Source: Spirochaetota bacterium
GTDB taxonomy: Bacteria > Spirochaetota > UBA4802 > UBA5550
Assembly (NCBI GenBank): GCA_035403465.1
Contig: DAONFG010000007.1
Coordinates: forward strand, 24,694 to 88,693
DNA length: 64,000 nucleotides
Direction of reading: 5' to 3'
Positions 35,125 to 44,901 of this stretch are shown piece after piece. Numbering within the stretch: position 1 is the stretch's first letter; each line of letters opens with the position of its first letter. The position numbers and the translations under genes are program-made. The notes below the pieces were generated by a model. The model saw only the letters and a program-made list of their open reading frames with translations, was not told the origin of the DNA and made no database searches.

Positions 35125-37085
35125 TGAATCCTGTTCTTTCAGGCAAACAGGTACTCTCAAGTTCAGAAACCGCAAGGATGCTCGGAATCTCCGTGACCTC
35201 GGTACGCAACTGGGTCCGTCACGGGTTCATCTCTTCAGTATCCGCCGACAGCGAGTTCTTTTTCCTGCGAGATGATGTTGTTTCCCTCCAGTCGCGTATA
35301 GAAAGCGGTGAACTCCGCAGGCTCAGCAGCAGGGCAAACAAAACCGGTTCATCAAAAACATTCATCCCTGATGAACTTTTTGAAAACGAAGAGGACCGGA
35401 AAAAAGTTTCCGCCCTTGCATCAATGATCATCGAGTCACGCATAGACTCTTCCCCGGCAATGTTAGCTGTATCGCTTTCACTTCTTGCAAAAAAAGGAAT
35501 GCTGGGTTCAGCCTCACCTGAAAGTTTCCTATATCCGGAAAAGGTTTCCATCAGGGGTCGTAAAAATCTCACTGCACTGCTCAGAGCATGGGTGTATAAA
35601 TCCTCAGGCAATTTGAATACTGAAGTCTTATGCGACATAATCCGGGCAGATATTCCAATACAGAAAAACATTACCGGAATAATATACCAGTCAATACTGG
35701 CCGAGGGTGAAAAATCAAAACTGGGATCGTACTACACCCCTGATAAAATCGCTGTTGAAATCTCTGAACGAATGTACAGGCGCGGCAGACTATTTCTTGA
35801 CCCATGCTGCGGCACAGGGCAATTCCTCCTCGCCTTTGCGGAAAAGTACGGCTCAGCTGAAAACATATGGGGGATCGACATTGACCCGGTTGCAGTGAAC
35901 CTTGCGAAGGTGAACCTTATGCTCATGTTTCCGGACCAGGACACGCAGCTTAAAATTTTCTGTAACGATTCGCTCATAAACTATAATGAACTGCTGCTGT
36001 TTGAAGAGATAGACTCGCTCCCGGAATTTGATGTTATTGCCACAAACCCGCCGTGGGGTTCACATTACAAAAAAGATGAGCAGGCAAAGATCGCTTTCTA
36101 CTATCCTGAAATTACATCGGGTGAATCCTTTTCATGTTTCCTTGTAAAAAGCGCGCGCATGCTTAAAGACACCGGCTCGCTCTGCTTTGTTCTCCCTGAA
36201 GCGGTGATGAACGTCAGGATGCACAGCGACATACGCAGGTTCATGATAAACAGCTGTTCTGTCTCAAGGATTGAATACATGCACAGGCTTTTCAAAAATG
36301 TATTCAGCCCGGCAGTGATTGTTGATATCGACAAGTCCAGGAAGGCCCGGACTGTTGAAGTTTTATGGAAGGATGACCGTTACAGGCTTGACCCTGAACG
36401 GTTCCGCAAAAACCGGGACATGATGTTTGACATCAGCCTGTCGCCTGAAGACGAAGCGATCATAAACAGGATCTACTCTGTGAAACATGTTACACTCGAA
36501 GGCCGCGCAACCTGGGCACTGGGCATTGTAACAGGAAACAACGGCCTCTTTATCAGCAGCACATGCTGCGAAGGTTATGAACCGGTAATTAAGGGGAAAG
36601 ACGTTGAACCGTTCAGGATACTTGAAGGTGATTCATTCATTAAATTCGAGCCCGCAAAATTCCAGCAGTGCGCACCCGAAAAAGTATTCAGGTGCGGCGA
36701 GAAACTTGTCTACAGGTATATTTCGGACCGCCTGGTTTTTGCCCATGACAGTTACGGCAGGCTGACCCTTAACAGCGCAAATATACTTGTGCCTGAAATT
36801 CACGGTATACCGATGAAGTATGTCATGGGACTGTTCAATTCAACTGTCTACCAGTTTATATTCAGAAAAAAGTTCAACTCGCTGAAGGTGCTGCGCAGTC
36901 ATATTGAGGAGCTACCTGTTCCGGTAATCAGCGAGTCGCAGATGAAGAATTTCATGGATGTTGTTGAACGCATGGAACACGGCGGGTCAATGGATGAACT
37001 GGACGATTCTGTATGCCGGATCTTCGGGCTTGATGAAAAAGATACCCGGCATATTAAAAAGTCCCTTGCTAAAACTACTCCTTGA
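35124..37085 (+). CDS. N6-adenine DNA methyltransferase (gamma class, Eco57I/TaqI-like) with N-terminal MerR/excisionase-type HTH; no adjacent endonuclease
   Basis: HTH LSSSETARMLGISVTSVRNWVRHGFI. GSYYTPDKIA, motif I FLDPCCGTGQFLL (nt ~35796-35825) and motif IV TNPPWG (nt ~36045-36056). The C-terminal target-recognition-like region ends ...LKVLRSHIEELPVPV. The ATG overlaps the pyrC TGA (cTGATGaa). Confidence 0.85.
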   Translation: MNPVLSGKQVLSSSETARMLGISVTSVRNWVRHGFISSVSADSEFFFLRDDVVSLQSRIESGELRRLSSRANKTGSSKTFIPDELFENEEDRKKVSALASMIIESRIDSSPAMLAVSLSLLAKKGMLGSASPESFLYPEKVSIRGRKNLTALLRAWVYKSSGNLNTEVLCDIIRADIPIQKNITGIIYQSILAEGEKSKLGSYYTPDKIAVEISERMYRRGRLFLDPCCGTGQFLLAFAEKYGSAENIWGIDIDPVAVNLAKVNLMLMFPDQDTQLKIFCNDSLINYNELLLFEEIDSLPEFDVIATNPPWGSHYKKDEQAKIAFYYPEITSGESFSCFLVKSARMLKDTGSLCFVLPEAVMNVRMHSDIRRFMINSCSVSRIEYMHRLFKNVFSPAVIVDIDKSRKARTVEVLWKDDRYRLDPERFRKNRDMMFDISLSPEDEAIINRIYSVKHVTLEGRATWALGIVTGNNGLFISSTCCEGYEPVIKGKDVEPFRILEGDSFIKFEPAKFQQCAPEKVFRCGEKLVYRYISDRLVFAHDSYGRLTLNSANILVPEIHGIPMKYVMGLFNSTVYQFIFRKKFNSLKVLRSHIEELPVPVISESQMKNFMDVVERMEHGGSMDELDDSVCRIFGLDEKDTRHIKKSLAKTTP

Positions 37086-37986
37086 GGTGTACGTCAAAAA
37101 ATTCCATCGCAGCGGGAACCTGCGTCTTCCACCATGTCCACCCGTACTGGTAGTTCTTCTGCTCGCTGTATGTTATGCTGTATGAAGATGACTTGTTCTG
37201 AAGCTGTTTCAGCCTTATGCCCATGATCCGCGACTGGCCCTCCTGGAACGCATCACCCTTTCCCCCGTGATAAAGAAAAACAGCAACACCCGAAAGCTTC
37301 TCTGCGTTCTTAAGCGTGTTATCCTCGGTTTCCCACCTTAACTGGTTGCTCTTGTAACTACCGTAAACTGATTCTATCATTTTACTGTTCTGTATGATTG
37401 TTGGATCATAGTATCCTGAAATCCCCGCAACGGCACCAAACCTGTCCGGGTATGTCTCGGCTACAAGGATTGCTCCATGCGCGCCTACGGTAATACCCAT
37501 GATGCCAGTACCCGACTTGCTTACGGCAAGCCCGAAGCTGTCATTAAGGAAAGGCACAAGTACCTCGCCAATGAACTTCCCGCCGGGTATAATGTTCCAC
37601 CTGTTTGTAGTTTCAGGATAATATGAATTTTCATACAGGGTCTTGCCCATGGCCGGGCATACAATGACAAACCTGTACTTGTTGGCAAGCGACTCCACCG
37701 GTGAGCTTGTCTCCCAGTCCCTGCTCCCGTTGTCGTACTGGTGCAGTGCAATGATCGTCCGGAATTTTTTACCCTGGATATATTCTTTGGGAAAAAACAC
37801 CTGTATCTTCGCGACCGAGCTCTCTCCATTATATGTGATCGGCACGGCAACATCTCTCAGCCACTTACCGGGAACTATCTGGCCGCTGTATTTTGGTGAT
37901 TTAACTGGAGTTATCCTTGTTTCTTTCGTTGTTTCACAGGAAAGCGTAAGCGAGATTATCAGAATAAGAAGTATATGTTTTTTCAT
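37075..37986 (-). CDS. Esterase-family (PF00756-like alpha/beta hydrolase) lipoprotein
   Basis: Lipobox LIISLTLSC|ET. The esterase-D-like core has the nucleophile elbow reading GITVG (Thr in place of the usual Ser of GxSxG). Its 3' end overlaps the methyltransferase 3' end by 11 bp (convergent). Confidence 0.65.
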   Translation of the reverse strand: MKKHILLILIISLTLSCETTKETRITPVKSPKYSGQIVPGKWLRDVAVPITYNGESSVAKIQVFFPKEYIQGKKFRTIIALHQYDNGSRDWETSSPVESLANKYRFVIVCPAMGKTLYENSYYPETTNRWNIIPGGKFIGEVLVPFLNDSFGLAVSKSGTGIMGITVGAHGAILVAETYPDRFGAVAGISGYYDPTIIQNSKMIESVYGSYKSNQLRWETEDNTLKNAEKLSGVAVFLYHGGKGDAFQEGQSRIMGIRLKQLQNKSSSYSITYSEQKNYQYGWTWWKTQVPAAMEFFDVHLKE

Positions 37987-38066
37987 GTAAATCTCCCGGT
38001 GGTTTGTTTTTTATATAATCTGTTTAAAAAAGAATAAGGTCAAGCAGATTCTGTTCCCTGCAACAT

Positions 38067-38591
38067 TCAGTTTTTAACAAACCGCAGGTACTTTGAATCA
38101 CAATCCCTGAAGCAGGAATTATGGCTCATTGAATTACCGTTTTTCTGAATTATTATTGTTTTGTAAGAATAGATGCCTGATGAAGACTCTTTATTTCCGT
38201 CGCACCTGGTCCCGTTAAAGTAGACATAAACCGAATCCTCTTTCTTTTCCAGGCCGATCCTTCCGGAACTTGTAACACCTCCGCTAAAGGTATATGAATA
38301 CCCGTCTGAATCTTTTTTTATACTCAGGGTAATGCTGCAGATCGGGTCAGCTGTCAGTTTATAGACCCCCGGAAATTCAGCATCACTGAACTCCTTCATG
38401 CCGGACCCCTTCCCTGCATTGTTTTCTGAAACAGTTTTGTCCAATGTAAACGTTTCATTTACATATAATTCCTGATCCCTGTTTTCAGTTGTTTTGCATG
38501 ATACTGCTGAAAAGATTAATATGAAGGTAAAAAAAACTCCGCTCAGAAAAAACAGGCTGCCTGCTTTATACGAATTCATCCGTGATATCAT
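38067..38591 (-). CDS. Hypothetical lipoprotein (174 aa)
   Basis: Signal peptide and lipobox FILIFSAVSC|KT. Beta-rich, with no recognised domain. Confidence 0.55.
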   Translation of the reverse strand: MISRMNSYKAGSLFFLSGVFFTFILIFSAVSCKTTENRDQELYVNETFTLDKTVSENNAGKGSGMKEFSDAEFPGVYKLTADPICSITLSIKKDSDGYSYTFSGGVTSSGRIGLEKKEDSVYVYFNGTRCDGNKESSSGIYSYKTIIIQKNGNSMSHNSCFRDCDSKYLRFVKN

Positions 38592-38781
38592 AGTATTTTA
38601 TTATCCTCATTTAATTTAATGAACGTAAGGCCGGCCGTTTCCAATTCCTTTCAGACTGCCTGTATACAGCTTTAAAATATATGCTGAAGTGTGAATAAAC
38701 AATATTTTATGTATATTACCGGAACTTTTTTATATAGTTCACGGCTGCACAAGGTTGATTGCTTCAGGGAGTCCGGGAATA

Positions 38782-39456
38782 CTACGAAATATACCCGTTC
38801 TCCTTCATGCTGTAGAATGATGAATTCGTCAGGATTATGTGATCTACAACAGGTATACCTACAATTCTGCCTGCCTCGACAAGTCTCTTCGTGGTTTCAA
38901 TGTCCTGCCGTGAAGGAGTAAGTATCCCCGAGGGATGGTTATGGGTGACTATAATCCCCGACCCACCCTCCCTTATGGCGTCCCTGAACACCTCGCGCGG
39001 ATGAACAATAGCCTCAGTGATTGTTCCTATGGAAATTATGCTCTTCTTGATCAGCATATTCTTGTTGTTGATCACAAGTACCCTGAACTCCTCCTTAAGC
39101 GAACCTGCGGTTTCAGGAAGCAGGAGCTCCCATACGGCAAGCGGTGTGCTGATCTGTTTCAGGTCCGGCCTATCGGTTATGACCCTCCGGCCAATCTCGA
39201 ATGCTGCCTGTACCTTAACTGCCTTCTTAAGGCCCATACCGCGTTCAGCCGCAATCTCCCGTATTCCGTACCTTGCGAGGGCTGAAAGCCCACCTGCCTT
39301 TTTAATCATGGTGGCTGAAAGCTCCAGCACATCGGCATTCCTTGTGCCTGTACCCAGAACCACGGCCAGGAGCTCGATATCGGAAAGTTCCCTCACGCTC
39401 TCCCCTTCGATACACCTCTGCACCGGCAGCCTGTACTCCTTGTTAATCACTCCCAT
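38782..39456 (-). CDS. radC: RadC-family JAB/MPN domain protein (UPF0758)
   Basis: N-terminal HhH-like SDIELLAVVLGTGT and the C-terminal JAMM motif IIVTHNHPSGILTPSRQDIETTKRL. The start overlaps the PLD gene end by 10 nt. Confidence 0.9.
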   Translation of the reverse strand: MGVINKEYRLPVQRCIEGESVRELSDIELLAVVLGTGTRNADVLELSATMIKKAGGLSALARYGIREIAAERGMGLKKAVKVQAAFEIGRRVITDRPDLKQISTPLAVWELLLPETAGSLKEEFRVLVINNKNMLIKKSIISIGTITEAIVHPREVFRDAIREGGSGIIVTHNHPSGILTPSRQDIETTKRLVEAGRIVGIPVVDHIILTNSSFYSMKENGYIS

Positions 39457-40469
39457 ATCTTTTTCCCCTTGTACAGGCGGGCAAATTCCTTCATGTAAAG
39501 GGCCGCGATCTCCCTGCTGTCTATTATTATGATGTTCTCGTCATTTTTTGTATTGGCGTTTGCCGACAGGTTGTACGAACCCGTTATTACCCTGTACCCG
39601 TCTATGATAATCACCTTGTGATGCATGACATGAATATTGCTGTCAGTTTCAACAGGCACACCTTCAATCTTCATCTTTGTGAATTCCGAATAATCGTTGT
39701 TGATCCCCTTCTTTTCAAAGATACCTGCAACCTTTATCCCTTCCTTGTGCCTGCTGATGATCAGTTCTCCGATATCATCCGAAGTAAAGGAGAAACACAT
39801 AAAGTAGACCGAACTCTTTGCCTTCCGTATACGGTTAAGTATAATTCTCTCAACATTGTTCTCCGGTGCGAAATAAACATTGACGTCAATTCCGTTAACA
39901 TCAGCGTAGTATTCCCTTGTCAGTTCAGCAAAGGGCCCGGTCTCCCTTTTGTTTCCGAAAATACGGCCTTCGAACATCTCTTCGAATTCAACAAGATATA
40001 TTTCAGCAAGCTCGACCGACCTGAACATCACAGCGTTGTTGTTGTTTTTATGCCCGCAGTTATCTGTTGTATTGTATGAACCTGTAAATATTGTCTCCCT
40101 GTCGATCACCGCAAACTTGTTATGCATAAGCGAGGGGGATTCATCTGTAACAACGGCAATCCCCGCGTCCAGTAGCATGGTTATCCCGGGACCTGAAAAA
40201 TTTTCATCATCAGTCACCAGTTTTACATCAACTCCGCGCCTGTGAGCTTCGATGAGGGCGGTTATAATCCTCATTGCCGAAATATCATAAAATGCGCCGT
40301 AGAACGAGGACCTGCAGTCTGCCAGCAGTCCGGCGAGTGCGTCTTCAGGAGTAGTACACCCGCTGCACGTTCCTCCCGGGTCCGTAAAATAAACCTCCCA
40401 GTTTCCTGCAGGGATCGTAATAGTGGAGAATGAAAGAACCAGCAGAAATGCCAGTATAGCCTTATGCAA
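39447..40469 (-). CDS. Secreted phospholipase D-superfamily protein with two HKD motifs (Nuc-nuclease/PLD-like)
   Basis: Signal peptide (M)HKAILAFLLVLSFSTITIPA. HKD motifs LMHNKFAVIDRETIFTGSYNTT and VMHHKVIIIDGYRVITGSYNLS. TTG start at 40469, with no in-frame ATG nearby. Confidence 0.85.
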   Translation of the reverse strand: MHKAILAFLLVLSFSTITIPAGNWEVYFTDPGGTCSGCTTPEDALAGLLADCRSSFYGAFYDISAMRIITALIEAHRRGVDVKLVTDDENFSGPGITMLLDAGIAVVTDESPSLMHNKFAVIDRETIFTGSYNTTDNCGHKNNNNAVMFRSVELAEIYLVEFEEMFEGRIFGNKRETGPFAELTREYYADVNGIDVNVYFAPENNVERIILNRIRKAKSSVYFMCFSFTSDDIGELIISRHKEGIKVAGIFEKKGINNDYSEFTKMKIEGVPVETDSNIHVMHHKVIIIDGYRVITGSYNLSANANTKNDENIIIIDSREIAALYMKEFARLYKGKKIWE

Positions 40470-40616
40470 AAGTTACCCGCCTTTGTGAATGTATTCTGCT
40501 GATAATACGTCGCGAGATTACAAAATATAAAAACTTTATGTAATTTTTCTTAAAAAATTAAAGGCGGCTTTTATGACCGCAGGTACACACTGGAGATGTG
40601 CGGTTTTATTCAGAGA

Positions 40617-41573
40617 CTATTTTTTAGTTTCACCGGACATGATCTCTTCCTTTCTTTCAAGGACAAGGTTTTCATATTCTGTAAAGAGCAGCTGGTCGTC
40701 ACGGCCGGGATTCATAGACCTGACCTTGGACACCAGGGTCTGGTATGGTGAAAGTTTTTTAGGATCATGCTCTGAATTAATCTTCTCTTTAACGGTCTCC
40801 TCGTCTCTCTGTATAAGTGCGAGGTAGAAGGTAAAGGCGTTCTTCAGGTCGGTGAGCATGTTTATATTTTTCTTTACCTCGGGTTCGTTCTTCCTGTTTT
40901 CAAAAATTTCATCAATAAAATATAGAATATACTGGATATCAAGCGCCGAGATATCAAAGTCAAGGAGGAGCTGGTTAAGATTCGAAAGCGACATTCTCTT
41001 TAAATGCATCAGAGCAAGGAATACGGGATTATCAGACATTGTATTGACATTGGTGTATTCAAATTCCTTTGACTGTTTCAATCCCGAATCATGCAATGCG
41101 GATGCGGCAGGATTGATTATCATTTTACCCGGTTTATACCTGCTTGTAATAACGGCTACCTCCGTCTCGGTAATAGTGGAGTCTGTGATGATATAATCAA
41201 TACCCAGATCTGCAGGGATATCCCTGAGCATACTGGAATAACCTGAAACCATTTTTATTTCACTGGGAATCATGTCGGCTTTAATCTCGGTTTCAAGGAA
41301 TATGTATTTCCTTTTCTTCTCAATCATATCCCTGTACGGCAGAATTATTTTCCCCTCGCTGATTTTAAGAAGAGTATATTCCCGGTCATAGTCCCTCTCG
41401 ACGCTGAAGGAGGTCCCTATAAAAACGATCCTGGGAGTTTTATGAAGCAGGCTCCTGCCGTCAAAATCTGCATAGATCGATTCCCCTTTTTCATTGAATA
41501 AAAGGAACATCCCCTTTTTATACATGATTTTCAGGGTCATGCCTGATGGTGTTTTTTCTTCAGCGAATTCCAT
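40617..41573 (-). CDS. Hypothetical cytoplasmic protein (318 aa), no recognizable domain
   Basis: Intact ORF. The N-terminal half is beta-rich and the C-terminal half is helical and acidic. No motif I can name. Confidence 0.55.
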   Translation of the reverse strand: MEFAEEKTPSGMTLKIMYKKGMFLLFNEKGESIYADFDGRSLLHKTPRIVFIGTSFSVERDYDREYTLLKISEGKIILPYRDMIEKKRKYIFLETEIKADMIPSEIKMVSGYSSMLRDIPADLGIDYIITDSTITETEVAVITSRYKPGKMIINPAASALHDSGLKQSKEFEYTNVNTMSDNPVFLALMHLKRMSLSNLNQLLLDFDISALDIQYILYFIDEIFENRKNEPEVKKNINMLTDLKNAFTFYLALIQRDEETVKEKINSEHDPKKLSPYQTLVSKVRSMNPGRDDQLLFTEYENLVLERKEEIMSGETKK

Positions 41574-41771
41574 TTGTTTTCCGGTATTCTTATTGCTTAT
41601 AGTTCTTAACGATTAAATTACTTATTCATAACGTCACTGCGAGGTATGAAGGCAAGCTTTATTGAAACATCATTTTTCGTGCTTGCAGGCTGCCATCGTG
41701 GCAGCACTACCGCTGCAGTCTGTTTTGGGGAATAACAATTCAATTATATTAAACTTAGTTCTACCTTAACA

Positions 41772-41797
41772 GATTGCTTCACTTCGTTCGCAATGAC
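41772..41797. repeat. REP-like element gattgcttcacttcgttcgcaatgac (VIANEVKQS-type)
   Basis: Characteristic short intergenic repeat type. A related fragment cgtcactgcgagg lies at ~41634-41646. It shares the aatgacagg end with the 46457-46481 element. Confidence 0.5.
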
Positions 41798-41847
41798 AGG
41801 AACAAAACTTATCATTAACTGGTATTCAGTTAATTGCAAGCATAATT

Positions 41848-42843
41848 TTAAACTTTAGCCTTAACATCCACCGTGAGGGGATCGGAAAGTCCGCTGCGGT
41901 AGTACATATACCCTGCGCCGGCAACCATCGCTGCATTGTCAGTGCAGAGCAGCGGTGACGGAATCATAATTGTTTCATCGGGCTGTTTCTGATCCGCAAG
42001 AAGCTCCCGGAGCCTGGAATTTGCTGCAACACCGCCTGCAACCACCATCTTTTTTATACCCCTGCTGCGGGCGGATGCAAAGAGCCTGCGGCTGAGTATC
42101 TCGAGCGCTCTCTCCTGGAAACTCCATGCAACTTCAGCAGTATCAGCTCCCGGGTTCTGCTTCATATAATTTATAACAGCTGTTTTAAGACCGGAATAGG
42201 AAAAACGTGTATCCCCGGGATCGGTTAGTATCTTCGGGAAGAGGTTTTTCCTGACACACGCAGTCTTTGCAAGATTGTCGATCACCGGACCTCCCGGGTA
42301 TCCGAATCCAAGGAACTTTGACACCTTATCATAGGATTCGCCCACGGCGTCATCTGCGGTGCGGCCTATGACCTGCAGTTTGCCCGGACCTGAAACTTCG
42401 TACAGTACTGTATTTCCTCCTGAGATGAGCAGTCCGATAAACGGGTACCCGGGATCGTATCCCTCGAGAAAAGGCGCGTACATGTGCGCTTCAAGGTGAT
42501 TGACCGCCACAAGCGGTATCTTCAGCGTGAAGGAAATTGTCTTGGCGCTCTGGAGCGCTATCATGAGGGAACCTATAAGTCCGGGCCTGTTTGTTGCCGC
42601 AACATAGTCAAGGTCACTGAATGAGACACCTGCCTCTTCAAGTGCGGAATGTATGAGCGGGTTTATCTTTTCAAGGTGAGCCCTTGACGCGATTTCAGGC
42701 ACAACGCCGGAATAGAGGGCATGAAGGTCTACCTGGCTGTATATGCAGTTGGAGAGAATCTCCCTGCCGTCTGCCACAACAGCAGCTGCAGTTTCATCGC
42801 ACGAGCTTTCAAGCCCAAGACCGATTACCCTACCCTCTTTCAT
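41848..42843 (-). CDS. tsaD: tRNA N6-adenosine threonylcarbamoyltransferase
   Basis: GLESSCDETAAAVV, NHLEAHMYAP and GGVAANSRLR motifs of Kae1/TsaD. Confidence 0.95.
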   Translation of the reverse strand: MKEGRVIGLGLESSCDETAAAVVADGREILSNCIYSQVDLHALYSGVVPEIASRAHLEKINPLIHSALEEAGVSFSDLDYVAATNRPGLIGSLMIALQSAKTISFTLKIPLVAVNHLEAHMYAPFLEGYDPGYPFIGLLISGGNTVLYEVSGPGKLQVIGRTADDAVGESYDKVSKFLGFGYPGGPVIDNLAKTACVRKNLFPKILTDPGDTRFSYSGLKTAVINYMKQNPGADTAEVAWSFQERALEILSRRLFASARSRGIKKMVVAGGVAANSRLRELLADQKQPDETIMIPSPLLCTDNAAMVAGAGYMYYRSGLSDPLTVDVKAKV

Positions 42844-44201
42844 TAAAAACTTTTAAGGGCTGTGTTAAGCTGGTTGTCAAATTCCAGGTCGTATACCGCG
42901 GGTTTATGGAACCTTGCAACTTCATATTTTAAGATGTAGCCTGAAGTCCTGTCTGATAATTTTATTCCCTTATCCGCCAGGTATTTTTTAAATTCTTCTC
43001 TTGTGTTCTGGTCATCAACGGTTTTCGAATTCACGAAGGAGCCAATCACCTTCTCAGTGCTGGCCTTATTCAGCTCTTCCTCGTCCCCGGCAGTAAAATC
43101 CATGAATGTGACAACCTTGTCAGGTGTGATTCCTTTTTTGTGAATCATCTCGCCTGAAGGAGTGTAATATTTGGCAATGGTAATATTAAACCCTATATCC
43201 TTGTCGAGTACGACCCTGCTCTGGACCGAACCCTTGCCGAAAGACTTTTCGCCCACAATAAGGGCCCTTTTATTGTCGCGGAGCGCTCCGCTCAGAAGCT
43301 CGGACGCCGAAGCGCTTCCCCTGTTTATCAGCACAACTATTTTCCCGGTATAGAACATCGGGATCCTCGACTTGAATACCTTCTCGGTAGCATAGACATT
43401 ACGCCCCTTTGTCGAGGCAATAACGCTATCCTTGTTCAGGAAGAGTTCCGCAATCTCAACCGCAGAATCAATCGTGCCCCCGGGATTATGCCTGAGGTCC
43501 AGTACAAGTTTGTCAATACCGTTTGCCTTAAAGAGCTCAAGGGCTTTTTTCACGTCTACTGTTGTTCCGCCGCCGAACTGGATTATCCGGAGGTATCCAG
43601 TGTTATATTCTTTTATTATCGCATACTCCACGCTGTCAACCTTGATTGCCGCACGCTCCAGGTCATATGCTATCTCACTATCGTAGCCTTCACGCTTTAC
43701 AGTAATCTTCACCTTTGATCCGGGAAGGCCCTTCATGTTCTTCATGATCTCGTCAAAATTATTGTCCCTTATCCGCTCGTCGTTGATGCTTGTGATTACA
43801 TCACCCGCTTCAATCCCGGCTTTATATGCCGGTGAATTCTGTATCGGTGAAATAACTACAAGCTCACCGTCCCTGACCGCAATCTCAACCCCGATCCCTA
43901 CAAATTTACCGTAGGTAAGTTCGTTAAGCTCGTTAATCTCCTCCTCGTTAAGGAACCTGGTAAAGGGATCGCCGAGGGAATCGATCATCCCTTTAATCGC
44001 GCCGTAGAACATCTTCTTGCTGTCAGGCTCGTCGACATAATCCGAGATAATCACCTGGTATGCCTGGTGAAAAAAATCGAGATATTTATGTGATGAATTG
44101 GAAGCTGCAGAAATAAATGTCACGCTGATCCCGAGGAAAAGTCCTGTAAGGAAAGCAAGCAGGATTACATGAAAACGTTTTTCAGAAAGATTTTTAAACA
44201 T
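42843..44201 (-). CDS. ctpA: Carboxyl-terminal processing protease (S41 family) with PDZ domain
   Basis: PDZ region (SPAYKAGIEAGDVITSIND), the catalytic region GSASASELLSGAL and KGSVQ. ATG at 44201 follows GGAG; the track TTG at 44270 is less likely. Confidence 0.9.
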   Translation of the reverse strand: MFKNLSEKRFHVILLAFLTGLFLGISVTFISAASNSSHKYLDFFHQAYQVIISDYVDEPDSKKMFYGAIKGMIDSLGDPFTRFLNEEEINELNELTYGKFVGIGVEIAVRDGELVVISPIQNSPAYKAGIEAGDVITSINDERIRDNNFDEIMKNMKGLPGSKVKITVKREGYDSEIAYDLERAAIKVDSVEYAIIKEYNTGYLRIIQFGGGTTVDVKKALELFKANGIDKLVLDLRHNPGGTIDSAVEIAELFLNKDSVIASTKGRNVYATEKVFKSRIPMFYTGKIVVLINRGSASASELLSGALRDNKRALIVGEKSFGKGSVQSRVVLDKDIGFNITIAKYYTPSGEMIHKKGITPDKVVTFMDFTAGDEEELNKASTEKVIGSFVNSKTVDDQNTREEFKKYLADKGIKLSDRTSGYILKYEVARFHKPAVYDLEFDNQLNTALKSF

Positions 44202-44295
44202 CGTTGTCTCCGGTAGAGGGTCTTGATTCTTATGAAAAGAAAAGTTATTTTCTGTTACCGGAGGTGTCAATAAATATGTTATTATGGAGTAAAAA

Positions 44296-44901
44296 TTAAT
44301 CCGGCTGTATTTTGCAGATTTTGCGTGAAAAATCGGTAAGTATGCGGGCTGTCATGCCCCAGACGGTTATCCCGTTAAAATCATAATAGTAGACGTCAAA
44401 TTCACGTCCTTCGTGTGTGAGTTTTTCACACTTGTAGAATTCCTCGTTATAAAAAAGTGAAAAAGGGACTTCAAGTATCTGCTCGGTTTCATCATCACTG
44501 GCTGTGTATTCTATCTTTGAGTTGAGTGCCCCGGCAAAAACATTTACCTGGAAACCCATGATTGAAATGTATTCATCAAACTCGCCGATTACCTCGATAG
44601 CTGAAGGATCGATTCCCATTTCCTCATTTGTCTCCCGAAGCGCTGTCTGAAGCAGGTCACGGTCTGTAGAGTCACAACTCCCCCCGGGCATTGAAACCTG
44701 TCCCTTGTGCGTTGAGACCCTGTCTGTACGCAGCTGGAGAAGAACATGCACACTGTTATTTTTTTCGAAGAAGAGCATCATTACTGCTGCTTTCCTGTAA
44801 TCAGGAAAACTTATGGACCGCTTCTTCCGGTTCTTCAACCGCTCCCTGAGCGTCTCCTTGAAAACTTCAAAGTCACCCGGTTTATCTAACTGCAGATTCA
44901 T
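44296..44901 (-). CDS. NUDIX hydrolase (CoA pyrophosphatase-like)
   Basis: Nudix box GGSCDSTDRDLLQTALRETNEEMGI. ATG at 44901 is preferred; the longer track ORF would overlap the upstream gene by 100 nt. Confidence 0.85.
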   Translation of the reverse strand: MNLQLDKPGDFEVFKETLRERLKNRKKRSISFPDYRKAAVMMLFFEKNNSVHVLLQLRTDRVSTHKGQVSMPGGSCDSTDRDLLQTALRETNEEMGIDPSAIEVIGEFDEYISIMGFQVNVFAGALNSKIEYTASDDETEQILEVPFSLFYNEEFYKCEKLTHEGREFDVYYYDFNGITVWGMTARILTDFSRKICKIQPD

